44,108 nucleotides of DNA from a virus. Its lineage: Duplodnaviria > Heunggongvirae > Uroviricota > Caudoviricetes. The notes below the pieces were generated by a model. That model saw only the letters and a program-made list of their open reading frames with translations, had not been told where the DNA came from and searched no databases. The position numbers and the translations under genes are program-made. Shown in pieces: positions 16,806 to 26,176 of this stretch (its first letter is position 1; each line of letters opens with the position of its first letter). The stretch lies in IMG/VR virus record IMGVR_UViG_2529292919_000018; one strand, 5' to 3'.

Positions 16806-17294
16806 ATGATATATCCGGAAATTACAGGCAAAAGCGGCGAGCATTTACGTCTAAAAACGCTGGAAGCCGTCTGGATCCAGGGGAAATTACGGATGTGGGG
16901 GCGTTGGTCGTATATAGGTGGTGGCAAACCAGGAAATATGTTCAATCAGTTGCTGGCATCCAAAAAACTGACAAAAACCGCGGTCAATGAAGCCCTGCGT
17001 AGAATCAGGGAGTCAGGGATTGATAAACCAGAGCTGGAAGCATTCTTGCGAGAGATGATCGCTGGCAGACAGAAGAGCTGGTTGTCTCACTGTACTGATG
17101 CAGAGGCGTTACGCATTGATGGGGTGATAAGTAAAGCGCTTGCACGTTATCCTGGATTGATTGATATCCTGCGGCAAAGGTACGAAGGGCGGGGGATGAG
17201 TAAACGCAAAATGGCTGAATTGTTGAATGAGGTTCACCCTGAGTGGTGCTATGCAATGCCGCAATCGTATAGATATGTGGCTGAGAATAGCTGA
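16806..17294 (+). CDS. Putative late-gene antiterminator (Q-like) by position
   Basis: ATG 16806 (GTG 16794 overlaps rusA stop); located between rusA and a terminator/late region. No zinc-finger seen, so family uncertain. Confidence 0.4.
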   Translation: MIYPEITGKSGEHLRLKTLEAVWIQGKLRMWGRWSYIGGGKPGNMFNQLLASKKLTKTAVNEALRRIRESGIDKPELEAFLREMIAGRQKSWLSHCTDAEALRIDGVISKALARYPGLIDILRQRYEGRGMSKRKMAELLNEVHPEWCYAMPQSYRYVAENS

Positions 17295-17510
17295 GTTTAT
17301 TCTGTATCCACTGATGCGAGATGCATTTTCTTTTACTGACGCTTAGAATCTGGAGGGCGTTTGTTGTTGCACGAAGAGGATTTTTGGCTGGTAGTAAGGT
17401 TTGTGCAGTTTTAGAAAAAAAGCTTGTATTTTTAGCCATAAACTGTTTCAATCCAGCTACGCTTCGCAAAGCTGTACCGCGAGGCGAATAGCAGACATGG
17501 ACACCTGAAA

Positions 17511-17536
17511 GAACCCGCTTTATGCGGGTTTTTTTA
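17511..17536 (+). terminator. Rho-independent terminator (tR'-like) downstream of Q-like gene
   Basis: ACCCGC-TTTAT-GCGGGT hairpin followed by TTTTTTT. Confidence 0.6.
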
Positions 17537-17658
17537 TGCCTGAAAAACGGCACAGAACATTAAACGCGCTGGTAGTTGTGAATACTGGTCTTTCAGCTTG
17601 CTGGCTTTTTCGACAAGAGGTATTGGTATGTCACGTTAACCGGAAAAGGGAAAAAAGC

Positions 17659-17856
17659 ATGCTAAAACAGCAGGATATGACCGAAACCGCCAGAGTGGTG
17701 TTTAATGAATTAAGCGTCACCGAACCGGCGACCGTCGGGGAAATTGCGCAGAATACTTACCTTTCACGCGAACGCTGCCAGTTAATACTGACTCAGCTTG
17801 TTATGGCGGGTCTGGCAGATTATCAGTTCGGTTGTTACAGACGCCTTCCTCAGTGA
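17659..17856 (+). CDS. Hypothetical small protein (65 aa)
   Basis: ATG 17659 downstream of terminator; MLKQQDMTETARVVFNELSVTEPATVGEIAQ...; no family recognised. Confidence 0.4.
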   Translation: MLKQQDMTETARVVFNELSVTEPATVGEIAQNTYLSRERCQLILTQLVMAGLADYQFGCYRRLPQ

Positions 17857-18006
17857 AGGCTTTTTAATTTGTGGTAATGGGCGGCTGGTGGGTGTTAGCG
17901 GTACCTGCCAGCCATCTGCTCATGCGTTGGGGTCACAAGCAAACCTCAGGCCCATCTGCTTTGCGCAAAAGCGGTATGAGCCTATCAGAGAAGTGCTTAT
18001 TGATCT

Positions 18007-19056
18007 ATGATTAATACTGTAAAAATATCCAGTTGTGAGTTAATCAACGCTGATTGTCTGGAATTTATCCAGACCTTACCGGAAAATTCTGTCGATCTGA
18101 TAGTCACAGACCCGCCATACTTTAAAGTGAAGCCCGAGGGCTGGGATAACCAGTGGAAGGGCGACGATGATTACCTGAAATGGCTGGACCAGTGTCTGGC
18201 GCAGTTCTGGCGGGTACTGAAGCCTGCCGGAAGTCTTTACCTGTTCTGTGGTCATCGCCTGGCATCTGACACCGAAATCATGATGCGTGAGCGCTTTAAT
18301 GTGCTGAACCACATTATCTGGGCGAAGCCGTCCGGACGCTGGAACGGGTGCAATAAGGAAAGTCTGCGGGCGTATTTTCCGGCAACAGAGCGCATTCTGT
18401 TTGCAGAACATTATCAGGGACCGTATCGCCCGAAAGATGATGGCTATGTGGTACAGGGGCGCGGGCTAAAACAGCACGTCATGGCCCCGCTGATTTCTTA
18501 CTTTCGTGATGCGCGTAAATCACTGGGAATAACGTCAAAACAGATAGCGGAAGCCACCGGAAAGAAAAACATGGCTTCGCACTGGTTTGGTACCAGTCAG
18601 TGGCAGTTACCGAACGAGGGTGATTACAACAAATTGCAGGCGTTGTTTGCGCGTGTTGCGGCAGAAAAACATCAGCGCGGGGAACTGGAAAAGCCACACC
18701 ACCAGCTGGTCAGCACATACAGTGAGCTGAACCGGCAGTATACGGAACTGCTGAGTGAATATAAAAATTTGCGGCGGTATTTCGGTGTGACGGCGCAGGT
18801 TCCGTACACCGATGTCTGGACGCATAAACCGGTGCAGTACTATCCAGGGAAACATCCGTGCGAAAAACCGGCAGAAATGCTGCAGCAGATAATCAACGCG
18901 AGCAGTCGTCCGGGAGACCTGGTTGCAGATTTTTTTATGGGTTCAGGTTCAACGGTAAAAGCGGCGATGGCACTGGGGCGTCGTGCGATTGGTGTTGAGC
19001 TGGAGACCGGACGTTTTGAACAGACAGTCAGGGAAGTTCAGGATTTAATCGTTTGA
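18007..19056 (+). CDS. DNA methyltransferase (N6-adenine/N4-cytosine, beta-class; orphan)
   Basis: Motif IV DLIVTDPPYF near N-terminus and AdoMet motif I FFMGSGSTVKAA near C-terminus; no adjacent restriction endonuclease gene. Confidence 0.85.
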   Translation: MINTVKISSCELINADCLEFIQTLPENSVDLIVTDPPYFKVKPEGWDNQWKGDDDYLKWLDQCLAQFWRVLKPAGSLYLFCGHRLASDTEIMMRERFNVLNHIIWAKPSGRWNGCNKESLRAYFPATERILFAEHYQGPYRPKDDGYVVQGRGLKQHVMAPLISYFRDARKSLGITSKQIAEATGKKNMASHWFGTSQWQLPNEGDYNKLQALFARVAAEKHQRGELEKPHHQLVSTYSELNRQYTELLSEYKNLRRYFGVTAQVPYTDVWTHKPVQYYPGKHPCEKPAEMLQQIINASSRPGDLVADFFMGSGSTVKAAMALGRRAIGVELETGRFEQTVREVQDLIV

Positions 19057-19105
19057 AACGGATGAGATTGCAGAATTAATTACGCACCATTATTATTCTG
19101 CTCCC

Positions 19106-19181
19106 GGCCCTTTAGCTCAGTGGTGAGAGCGAGCGACTCATAATCGCCAGGTCGCTGGTTCAAATCCAGCAAGGGCCACCA
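19106..19181 (+). tRNA. tRNA with CAU anticodon (Met or lysidine-type Ile2; ileZ-like)
   Basis: Acceptor stem GGCCCTT/AAGGGCC, D-arm TAGCTCAGTGGT-AGAGC, anticodon loop CTCATAA, T-arm GGTTCAAATCC, 3' CCA. Coordinates +/- 2. Confidence 0.8.
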
Positions 19182-19188
19182 TCACATA

Positions 19189-19265
19189 CCGCCATTAGCT
19201 CATCAGGATAGAGCGCCAGCCTTCGAAGCTGGTTGCGCGGGGTTCGAGTCCTCGATGGCGGTCCA
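19189..19265 (+). tRNA. tRNA-Arg (anticodon UCG; argN-like)
   Basis: Acceptor CCGCCAT/ATGGCGG, anticodon stem GCCAGC/GCTGGT with loop CTTCGAA, T-loop TTCGAGT, 3' CCA. Confidence 0.8.
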
Positions 19266-19278
19266 TTATCTGTACCCT

Positions 19279-19355
19279 GCGTTGTTAGCTCAGCCGGACA
19301 GAGCAATTGCCTTCTAAGCAATCGGTCACTGGTTCGAATCCAGTACAACGCGCCA
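19279..19355 (+). tRNA. tRNA-Arg (anticodon UCU; argO-like)
   Basis: Acceptor GCGTTGT/ACAACGC, anticodon stem ATTGC/GCAAT with loop CTTCTAA, T-arm GGTTCGAATCC, 3' CCA. Confidence 0.8.
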
Positions 19356-19368
19356 CGCTTATTTTTCC

Positions 19369-19392
19369 AGGCTCGCTTCGGCGGGCCTTTTT
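19369..19392 (+). terminator. Hairpin + T-run after tRNA cluster
   Basis: AGGCTCGC-TTCG-GCGGGCCT followed by TTTTTC. Confidence 0.45.
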
Positions 19393-19532
19393 CATATCCG
19401 CGCCACGCCCGGCGCACATCAAAAAACCACAGAGCCTTTCAGGGGGGAGCTTACGGGATGGTCAGTGTGACTTTCTCTGTGGGCTGGTCACCCCCCCGGG
19501 CGCAGGCTCACCCACTAAAAGGAAAAGTCACG

Positions 19533-19958
19533 ATGTTTGGTATTTTCAAAAAGAAAACCCGCAAGGCCATTACCGAAGTGAAGAAGATGGAGAACCGTGA
19601 CGCAGTGGAGGCGACCGTCTGGGGCGCGTACTCCATTGCATACGCTGACGGCACCTGTGACGCGAAAGAAATCGCGGTACTGGAAAAAACCATTGCAGCA
19701 CTTCCTGCCTTTGCGCCGTTCTCCGGTGAGATTGCACAAATGAGTGCAAATATCCGCGCCCGTTATGAAGCGTCGCCGCGTTCTGCCAATGCCGAAGCTC
19801 TTCGTCAGCTGGCTGATGTTGCCGGTACTGATGATGCAGTTAATGTGCTGTGCCTGTGTCTGGATATCGCTGACCAGGACGGTATCGCTCAGGAAGAAGA
19901 AGCGCAACTGAAGAAAATTGCGCAGGCGCTGCAGTTGCCGCTGGAGCAGTACCTGTGA
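19533..19958 (+). CDS. Hypothetical protein, possibly TerB-like fold
   Basis: Track ORF 19233..19958 overlaps the tRNAs; real start taken as ATG 19533 after AAAGGAAAAG. Repeated ADG/DQDG...E motifs (YADGTCDAKEIAVLE; DIADQDGIAQEEEAQL) suggest TerB-like. Tentative. Confidence 0.4.
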   Translation: MFGIFKKKTRKAITEVKKMENRDAVEATVWGAYSIAYADGTCDAKEIAVLEKTIAALPAFAPFSGEIAQMSANIRARYEASPRSANAEALRQLADVAGTDDAVNVLCLCLDIADQDGIAQEEEAQLKKIAQALQLPLEQYL

Positions 19959-20193
19959 AAAGTGCGCGCCTTGTGCTGGCTGTCATCCTGTTGTTTCTGG
20001 TAGTGGTGGTTGATTTCACCGGACGACTGATGTCAGTGCTGACAGATGGTGTGCTGGTGGCGATGGTGCTGGTCGTGCTCCGGCCTTTACTGCGTAAATC
20101 TGAATAACATCACACAAAAGGCATCTGCGGATGCCTTTGACGGGGTGTTTTTTACGGGTCGCTGGTGGCCCTTTTTTATTTTCAGGAGGAAGT

Positions 20194-20586
20194 ATGTCTG
20201 AACCCTTATCCGGTTCCGGCACGGCTGCGGCGCTGGGGGGCGCGACGGTATTCGGGCTGTTTACCGGGATGGATTTCGGGATTGTGTTTGGCGCGTTCGC
20301 CGGGGCGTTATTTGTGGCAACAATGCCACAGTCACTTTCAGTCTGGCGCGTAGTGGCACATTTTCTGGTGTCGTTTATTGTCGGCGTGCTGGGAGCGCGT
20401 GTGCTGTCAGCCTGGATTGCATCAAAAACAGGGTATGACGCTACATCAGCAGATGCGCTTTGCGCGGTGCTGGTCTCGGTGGTGTCGGTGAAGATTCTCT
20501 CGTTCATCCACCAGCAGGATATTGCATCGCTGGTGTCCGGTGTGTTCTCCCGCCTGCGGGGTGGAGGAGGCGGCAATGTTAAGTAA
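20194..20586 (+). CDS. Membrane protein, putative holin
   Basis: ATG 20194 after GGAGGAAG; Gly/Ala-rich hydrophobic helices; directly upstream of endolysin. Confidence 0.5.
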   Translation: MSEPLSGSGTAAALGGATVFGLFTGMDFGIVFGAFAGALFVATMPQSLSVWRVVAHFLVSFIVGVLGARVLSAWIASKTGYDATSADALCAVLVSVVSVKILSFIHQQDIASLVSGVFSRLRGGGGGNVK

Positions 20587-20851
20587 CCTTCCCGGATTGC
20601 TGAATGTGGCGTTATGCACGGTTATCGTGCTGACGCTCTTTTTTTATCGTCGCCGTGATTCCAGACATAAACCGCTGGTGTCATGGCTGGCCTGGCTGCT
20701 GATGCTGCTGTATGCCTTTGCGCCCCTCAGCTATCTGTGTGGTCGCCCGTTAGCAACGGGCTGGCTGGAAGTGTTTTTTAATCTGCTGTTCTGCGTGCTG
20801 GTGATACGCGCACGCGGGAACGTCACAAAAATCTTTCCATTGTTGAGGTGA
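20576..20851 (+). CDS. Small membrane protein (holin/antiholin-like)
   Basis: ATG 20576 after GGAGGAGG; two hydrophobic helices; overlaps neighbours on both sides. Confidence 0.45.
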   Translation: MLSNLPGLLNVALCTVIVLTLFFYRRRDSRHKPLVSWLAWLLMLLYAFAPLSYLCGRPLATGWLEVFFNLLFCVLVIRARGNVTKIFPLLR

Positions 20852-21231
20852 ATATGCCGGGTAAATTCAGATTCAGCCGTCGCAGTGAAAAAAATCTGGA
20901 GGGTGTCAAACCACAGCTGGTTGCTGTAGTTCGCCGTGCGCTGGAGCTGACGGAGGTTGATTTCGGTATTACGGAAGGCCTGCGCAGTAAGTATCGCCAG
21001 AAACAGCTGGTTGCGGAAGGGAAAAGCCAGACCATGAACAGCCGCCACCTGACCGGTGATGCGGTGGATGTTGTGGCCTACATTGGCAGTCAGGTGTCAT
21101 GGGAGTGGCCTCTGTACGAGAAAATCGCACAGGCATTTAAGCAGGCTGCCGCAGAGCTGGGGATCGCTATCGAATGGGGCGGGGACTGGAAAACGCTGAA
21201 AGACGGACCTCACTTTCAGCTGAAGCGATAA
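20848..21231 (+). CDS. Endolysin, peptidase M15 (L-alanyl-D-glutamate peptidase type)
   Basis: 127 aa; SRHLTGDAVDV ... GGDWKTLKDGPHFQL zinc-peptidase-like H/D/H pattern typical of small M15 endolysins; position after holin-like genes. Confidence 0.75.
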   Translation: MNMPGKFRFSRRSEKNLEGVKPQLVAVVRRALELTEVDFGITEGLRSKYRQKQLVAEGKSQTMNSRHLTGDAVDVVAYIGSQVSWEWPLYEKIAQAFKQAAAELGIAIEWGGDWKTLKDGPHFQLKR

Positions 21232-21242
21232 GTAAAACAAAA

Positions 21243-21272
21243 CCCCGGCTGGGGGAACAGTCCGGGGTTTTT
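21243..21272 (+). terminator. Rho-independent terminator after endolysin
   Basis: CCCCGG...CCGGGG stem followed by TTTTT. Confidence 0.5.
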
Positions 21273-21363
21273 AGTTTTCACGTCAAAGGGGAAATTGTGA
21301 TTAGTGAGTACGGAGAAAATCCTCGTGGGAAAGTATAAAAGATTCTTTTTGAGGTTGTCCATT

Positions 21364-21478
21364 ATGAAAGGTATTGAAATGGAAACTCCCGCGAGCCTTG
21401 ATTTGACAAGGGCTGCGGCCTTTGCAATTCGCCTTGTGGCGGTCGCTGTTCTGATTTGGGCTGTGCGTTGGTGGTGAT
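21364..21478 (+). CDS. Small transmembrane peptide (about 37 aa), possible spanin/lysis accessory
   Basis: MKGIEMETPASLDLTRAAAFAIRLVAVAVLIWAVRWW; directly precedes the lipoprotein gene. Confidence 0.3.
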
Positions 21479-21661
21479 ATGGCGCGAAAACACTGGACAC
21501 ACAGAATGCCGCGAACGGCGGTGAAACGGGCACTGGTAGCGATACTGGTGCCTTTTTTATTGGTGGGGTGCGTCAGCCTGGATAAGGCGCGCCAGCTTTT
21601 CGATACCGCGTCTCAGGTCTGTGAAATTGTCGACGGTGTTCGGCAGTGTCTGCAGAACTGA
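21479..21661 (+). CDS. Small lipoprotein (lipobox LLVGC), possible o-spanin-like lysis component
   Basis: 60 aa with signal-like N-terminus and LVGC lipobox; adjacent to lysis cassette. Confidence 0.45.
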   Translation: MARKHWTHRMPRTAVKRALVAILVPFLLVGCVSLDKARQLFDTASQVCEIVDGVRQCLQN

Positions 21662-22003
21662 TCGCCTGTAAGAGCAGAATATTTTGCTGAAAAATGAAGG
21701 GTGCGTCAGCGTCCGGAAAGCATGAAATTCTGCTGCGTGTGCCAATTTTATCTTATTCATTCTAAATCTTGCCGAATCAAGATGAACTTTGATCAACTGC
21801 CCGGCGGCAAGGGGCATTAAAACAGGAGAAAATTATGTGGAAACCTACAGGTGATAAGTTAATCACCGCGTTGATTGACGGCAAGCCACAATACTTACGC
21901 ATTGAAATGAGCGGTCAACATGCTCGATTGATTCGTGAGTAACAGGCATTACAGCAGCTCTTCAGTGAGGGGCTGCGATAATGTCGGTATTAAGGAGATT
22001 CCA

Positions 22004-22354
22004 ATGCCATCACGGATCCCCCGCGCCTGTCGTAAGCGAGGCTGCGCAGGCACAACAACAGACAGCTCTGGCTACTGTGGTAAACATCGTGGTGAAGGCT
22101 GGGTGCAGCACCAGCGCGGACTGAGCCGCCACCAGCGTGGCTATGGCTCAAAATGGACGGTGATTCGTGCCCGTATTCTGAAGCGCGATAAAGGTCTGTG
22201 TCAGTTGTGTCTGCGTGCCGGTGTGGTGAGCGAGGCGAAAACCGTCGACCACATCATCCCGAAAGCGCATGGCGGAACAGACGCAGACAGCAACCTGCAG
22301 AGTCTGTGCTGGCCCTGCCATAAAGCGAAAACAGCGCGCGAACGAATCAGGTGA
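22004..22354 (+). CDS. HNH endonuclease (terminase-associated)
   Basis: ATG 22004 after TAAGGAG; CQLCLRAG...DHIIPKAHGGTD..NLQSLCWPCH motif; immediately upstream of terminase small subunit. Confidence 0.85.
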   Translation: MPSRIPRACRKRGCAGTTTDSSGYCGKHRGEGWVQHQRGLSRHQRGYGSKWTVIRARILKRDKGLCQLCLRAGVVSEAKTVDHIIPKAHGGTDADSNLQSLCWPCHKAKTARERIR

Positions 22355-22501
22355 TAATTATTCTCACTTGTAGGGAGGGGCGGGGCAAATCCCTGCAGCC
22401 CTGGCTGTCCGGGACCGCCCGCCAACCCTTCTTCGCATCGCCGCAGGTTCGAAAACTTTTTTTTGGGAATGCGATCAAACGATTGATAGGTAAAATCGAT
22501 T

Positions 22502-22984
22502 ATGTCAGGACCCCCGAAAACCCCGCCACGCCTGCATTTGATACGAGGCAATCCCTCAAAGCGTCCCGTTAAAGACGCCAAAAAAACCGCTAAAAAGGAC
22601 GAAAAAGGTCTCCCTAAAATTCCGCAGCATTTAGGGGCGCAGGGAAAGTACTGGTTCAGGCGAATGGCGGAAGAGCTGAATGTGGAAGGGATCATTTCTC
22701 AGCTTGATGCGCGTGCACTCGAGTTGCTGGTGGAAGCCTACACCGAATACCGGCATCACTGCGAAACACTCGATGTTGAGGGTTATACCTACCGCACGGA
22801 AACGCAGAACGGTGATGTGCTGATTAAGGCACACCCGGCTGCTGCGATGAAAGCGGATGCCTGGAAGCGGATCCGGGCGATGCTTGCAGAATTTGGTATG
22901 TCACCGGCAAGCCGGGCGAAAGTAAATATCGCCGGACCGGATGATGTTGATCCGCTGGCAGAACTTTTAAAAGCGAGAGACTGA
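22502..22984 (+). CDS. Terminase small subunit (P27-family-like)
   Basis: 160 aa, basic N-terminus; immediately precedes large terminase with overlapping stop/start. Confidence 0.75.
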   Translation: MSGPPKTPPRLHLIRGNPSKRPVKDAKKTAKKDEKGLPKIPQHLGAQGKYWFRRMAEELNVEGIISQLDARALELLVEAYTEYRHHCETLDVEGYTYRTETQNGDVLIKAHPAAAMKADAWKRIRAMLAEFGMSPASRAKVNIAGPDDVDPLAELLKARD

Positions 22985-24741
22985 TGGCAAAAGTGGCTGA
23001 CGGGATCCGCTACGCCGAACGTGTTGTTGCAGGAGAAATTGTCGCTGGTGAATTTGTCCGTCTGGCCTGCCAGCGTTTTCTTGATGATCTGAAGTACGGC
23101 GAAGAGCGGGGGATTTATTTCAGTGAACCCCGTGCGCAGCACATCCTGAATTTCTACAAATTTGTGCCCCATGTAAAAGGGGCGCTGGCAGGTCAGCCCA
23201 TTGAACTGATGGACTGGCATGTTTTTATCCTCATTAATATTTTTGGTTTTGTCATTCCGCTGGTGAATGAAGAGACCGGGGAAGTTGTCATGCGCAGCGA
23301 TGGCAGCGGACGCCCGGTGATGGTGCGCCGTTTCCGGACAGCGTACAACGAAGTCGCCCGTAAAAACGCAAAATCAACCCTGTCATCAGGTATCGGTCTG
23401 TATATGACGGGGGCAGATGGTGAAGGCGGGGCTGAGGTGTATTCAGCCGCAACCACGCGTGACCAGGCCAGAATCGTGTTTGAAGACGCCAAGAATATGG
23501 TCAGAAAAGCCCGATCGACACTCGGGCGGTTGTTTGATTTCAACAAGCTGGCGATTTACCAGGAGCAGAGCGCATCAAAATTTGAACCGCTTTCCTCGGA
23601 TGCAAACAACCTGGATGGTCTGAACATCCACTGCGCCATTATTGATGAGCTGCATGCACATAAAACCCGCGACGTGTGGGACGTTCTGGAAACGGCAACC
23701 GGTGCCCGTCTGCAGTCCCTGTTATTTGGTATCACCACGGCTGGCTTTAACAAGGAAGGGATTTGTTACGAGCAACGCGATTACGCCATCAAGGTATTGC
23801 GAGGCTATAACAGCGACGTGGAGGGCGCGGTAAAAGACGACTCCTACTTTGCGATTATTTACACCCTCGATGAGGGAGATGATCCGTTTGATGAAACGGT
23901 CTGGCAGAAAGCGAATCCCGGCCTGGGCATCTGTAAACGCTGGGATGATCTGCGTCGCCTGGCGAAAAAAGCGAAAGAACAGGTCTCTGCGCGGGTGAAT
24001 TTTTTTACCAAACACATGAATGTGTGGGTAACAGCAGAGTCTGCCTGGATGGACATGATTAAGTGGGAGAAGTGCGAATACATTGCTCCACAGCATGAGC
24101 TGAAAACATATCCCATGTGGGTCGGCGTCGACCTTGCTCATAAGATTGATATCTGTGCGGCGGCAAAACTCTGGCGAACGGATAACGGGCATGTTCATGC
24201 CGATTTTAAATTCTGGCTTCCGGAAGGACGGCTGGAACGATGCTCACGGCAGCAGGCAGAACTTTACCGGAAGTGGGCGGAGATGGGTAAGCTCATCCTG
24301 ACGGATGGTGATGTTATCGATCATGCTCAGATCAAAAGTGACCTACTGGAATGGATTGGCGGTGAAAACCTCAGGGAACTGGGATTTGACCCGTGGAGCG
24401 CAATGCAGTTCAGTCTGGCGCTGACTGAAGAAGGTATACCGCTGGTGGAAGTTCCGCAGACGGTCCGCAATCTGTCAGAGGCCATGAAGGAAACGGAATC
24501 ACTGGTCTATGCCGGGCGTTTCCACCACAGCAATCATCCGGTCATGAACTGGATGATGTCTAACGTTACGGTAAAACCGGACAAAAACGACAATATCTTC
24601 CCGAATAAATCCACGCCGGAAGCCAAAATCGACGGCCCTGTTGCGATGTTTACAGCAATGAGCCGGATGCTGGTCAATGGCGGTGAACCGGAGCCGGATC
24701 TGTCTGAACATCTGGTCAGCGTTGGTATTCGCTCGCTTTAA
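22984..24741 (+). CDS. Terminase large subunit
   Basis: 585 aa; ATPase then nuclease domain pattern; position between small terminase and portal. Confidence 0.9.
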   Translation: MAKVADGIRYAERVVAGEIVAGEFVRLACQRFLDDLKYGEERGIYFSEPRAQHILNFYKFVPHVKGALAGQPIELMDWHVFILINIFGFVIPLVNEETGEVVMRSDGSGRPVMVRRFRTAYNEVARKNAKSTLSSGIGLYMTGADGEGGAEVYSAATTRDQARIVFEDAKNMVRKARSTLGRLFDFNKLAIYQEQSASKFEPLSSDANNLDGLNIHCAIIDELHAHKTRDVWDVLETATGARLQSLLFGITTAGFNKEGICYEQRDYAIKVLRGYNSDVEGAVKDDSYFAIIYTLDEGDDPFDETVWQKANPGLGICKRWDDLRRLAKKAKEQVSARVNFFTKHMNVWVTAESAWMDMIKWEKCEYIAPQHELKTYPMWVGVDLAHKIDICAAAKLWRTDNGHVHADFKFWLPEGRLERCSRQQAELYRKWAEMGKLILTDGDVIDHAQIKSDLLEWIGGENLRELGFDPWSAMQFSLALTEEGIPLVEVPQTVRNLSEAMKETESLVYAGRFHHSNHPVMNWMMSNVTVKPDKNDNIFPNKSTPEAKIDGPVAMFTAMSRMLVNGGEPEPDLSEHLVSVGIRSL

Positions 24742-24752
24742 CCGAGGTCATT

Positions 24753-24935
24753 ATGTTTCTGATAATTCTCACGCCTCTGGTGGGCGTGCTGGGTGTGCTT
24801 TTGCTGGCGTATGGCGCCTGGCTGATTTATCCCCCGGCGGGTTTTGTTGTTGCCGGGGCGCTGTGTCTGTGCTGGTCGTGGCTGGTTGCGCGTTATCTCG
24901 ATCGCGGTCACCGGGTCGCCTCCGGAGGTGAGTAA
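24753..24935 (+). CDS. Small membrane protein
   Basis: 60 aa, two hydrophobic helices, between terminase and portal. Confidence 0.4.
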   Translation: MFLIILTPLVGVLGVLLLAYGAWLIYPPAGFVVAGALCLCWSWLVARYLDRGHRVASGGE

Positions 24936-26176
24936 TGTTTTTCCAGGGGCTTTTTCAACGTAAAAATAACACCCCCGTCACAACGCCCGGGATGCTTGCG
25001 GAAGAGCTGGGGTTGTCATACGACACCTATACCGGAAAGCGGATCAGCAGCCAGCGGGCCATGCGGCTGACGGCGGTGTATTCCTGCGTCAGGGTGCTGG
25101 CTGAGTCTGTTGGTATGCTGCCCTGCAGTCTCTACAAAATCAGCGGCACCCTTAAAACACGGGGGGTGGATGAACGGCTGCATAAGCTGATTTCAGCAAA
25201 ACCCAATGGCTACATGACGCCGCAGGAATTCTGGGAGCTGGTTATTGTCTGCCTGTGTCTGCGGGGGAATTTTTACGCCTACAAGGTGAAGGCGCTGGGG
25301 GAAGTAGTGGAGCTTCTTCCGATAGATCCGGGCTGTGTGGAACCGAAGCTGAACAGCCAGTGGCAGCCGGTTTATCAGGTGACGTTTCCGGATGGCTCCG
25401 TGGATGTGTTGACCCAGGATGAAATCTGGCATGTGCGCACCCTGACGCTGGATGGACTTGTCGGTCTGAATCCCATTGCATATGCGCGCGAGGCCATTTC
25501 ACTGGCAGCGGCAACCGAGGAGCACGGCGCCAGGCTGTTTGGTAACGGTGCTGTGACATCCGGTGTGTTGCGTACGGAACAAAAGCTCACGCCGGATGCT
25601 TATGAGCGCATGAAGAGGGATTTTGAGGAGCGTCATCTTGGGCTGGGTAATGCGCACCGTCCGATGATTCTGGAAATGGGGCTGGACTGGAAGCCGGTGG
25701 CACTGAACGCCGAGGACAGCCAGTTCCTGGAAACCCGCAAGTTTCAGCTGGAAGAAATCTGTCGTCTTTTCCGCGTGCCGCTGCACATGGTGCAGAACAC
25801 CGATCGCGCCACTTTCAACAATATTGAAGAGCTGGGGCTCGGATTTATCAACTATTCCCTTGTGCCGTATCTGACCCGTATTGAACAACGGATCAATACA
25901 GGGCTGGTCAGGGAGAGCAAACAGGGGAAGTTTTACGCCAAATTTAACGCCGGGGCGTTACTGCGCGGGGATATGAAATCCCGTTTTGAAGCCTACGCCA
26001 CCGGGATTAACTGGGGAATTTACTCTCCCAATGACTGCCGCGACCTGGAAGATATGAATCCGCGTCCCGGTGGGGATGTCTATCTCACACCGATGAACAT
26101 GACCACGAAACCCTCCGATGGCAGTAAAGCCGGTAAGCAGAAGGATAACGCCAATGCAGACGAAACAACGTCTTGA
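24935..26176 (+). CDS. Portal protein (HK97 family)
   Basis: 413 aa following large terminase; typical size/position. Confidence 0.85.
   Translation: MFFQGLFQRKNNTPVTTPGMLAEELGLSYDTYTGKRISSQRAMRLTAVYSCVRVLAESVGMLPCSLYKISGTLKTRGVDERLHKLISAKPNGYMTPQEFWELVIVCLCLRGNFYAYKVKALGEVVELLPIDPGCVEPKLNSQWQPVYQVTFPDGSVDVLTQDEIWHVRTLTLDGLVGLNPIAYAREAISLAAATEEHGARLFGNGAVTSGVLRTEQKLTPDAYERMKRDFEERHLGLGNAHRPMILEMGLDWKPVALNAEDSQFLETRKFQLEEICRLFRVPLHMVQNTDRATFNNIEELGLGFINYSLVPYLTRIEQRINTGLVRESKQGKFYAKFNAGALLRGDMKSRFEAYATGINWGIYSPNDCRDLEDMNPRPGGDVYLTPMNMTTKPSDGSKAGKQKDNANADETTS

Noticed and set aside
16806-17294. Confident assignment of the 166-aa protein as a lambda-Q-family antiterminator
   Set aside because: No Cys4 zinc-finger or recognisable Q motif was seen. 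It is kept only as a positional, low-confidence call.
17005-17553. 182-aa minus-strand ORF across the Q-like gene and late leader
   Set aside because: Antisense to the Q-like gene and runs through the intrinsic terminator; no RBS.
19233-19958. Track ORF of 241 aa starting at 19233
   Set aside because: Its 5' 300 nt run straight through three well-formed tRNA genes. The real CDS is taken to start at ATG 19533 with its own RBS.
19356-20193. Shiga toxin (stxAB) at the locus downstream of the tRNA trio
   Set aside because: The position matches stx phages, but the ORFs present are a 141-aa TerB-like protein and a small hydrophobic peptide; no A/B toxin subunit-sized genes or signal-peptide pairs.
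20016-20576. 186-aa minus-strand Pro-rich ORF
   Set aside because: Antisense to the holin-like gene; low-complexity PPPP/TT/AA translation.
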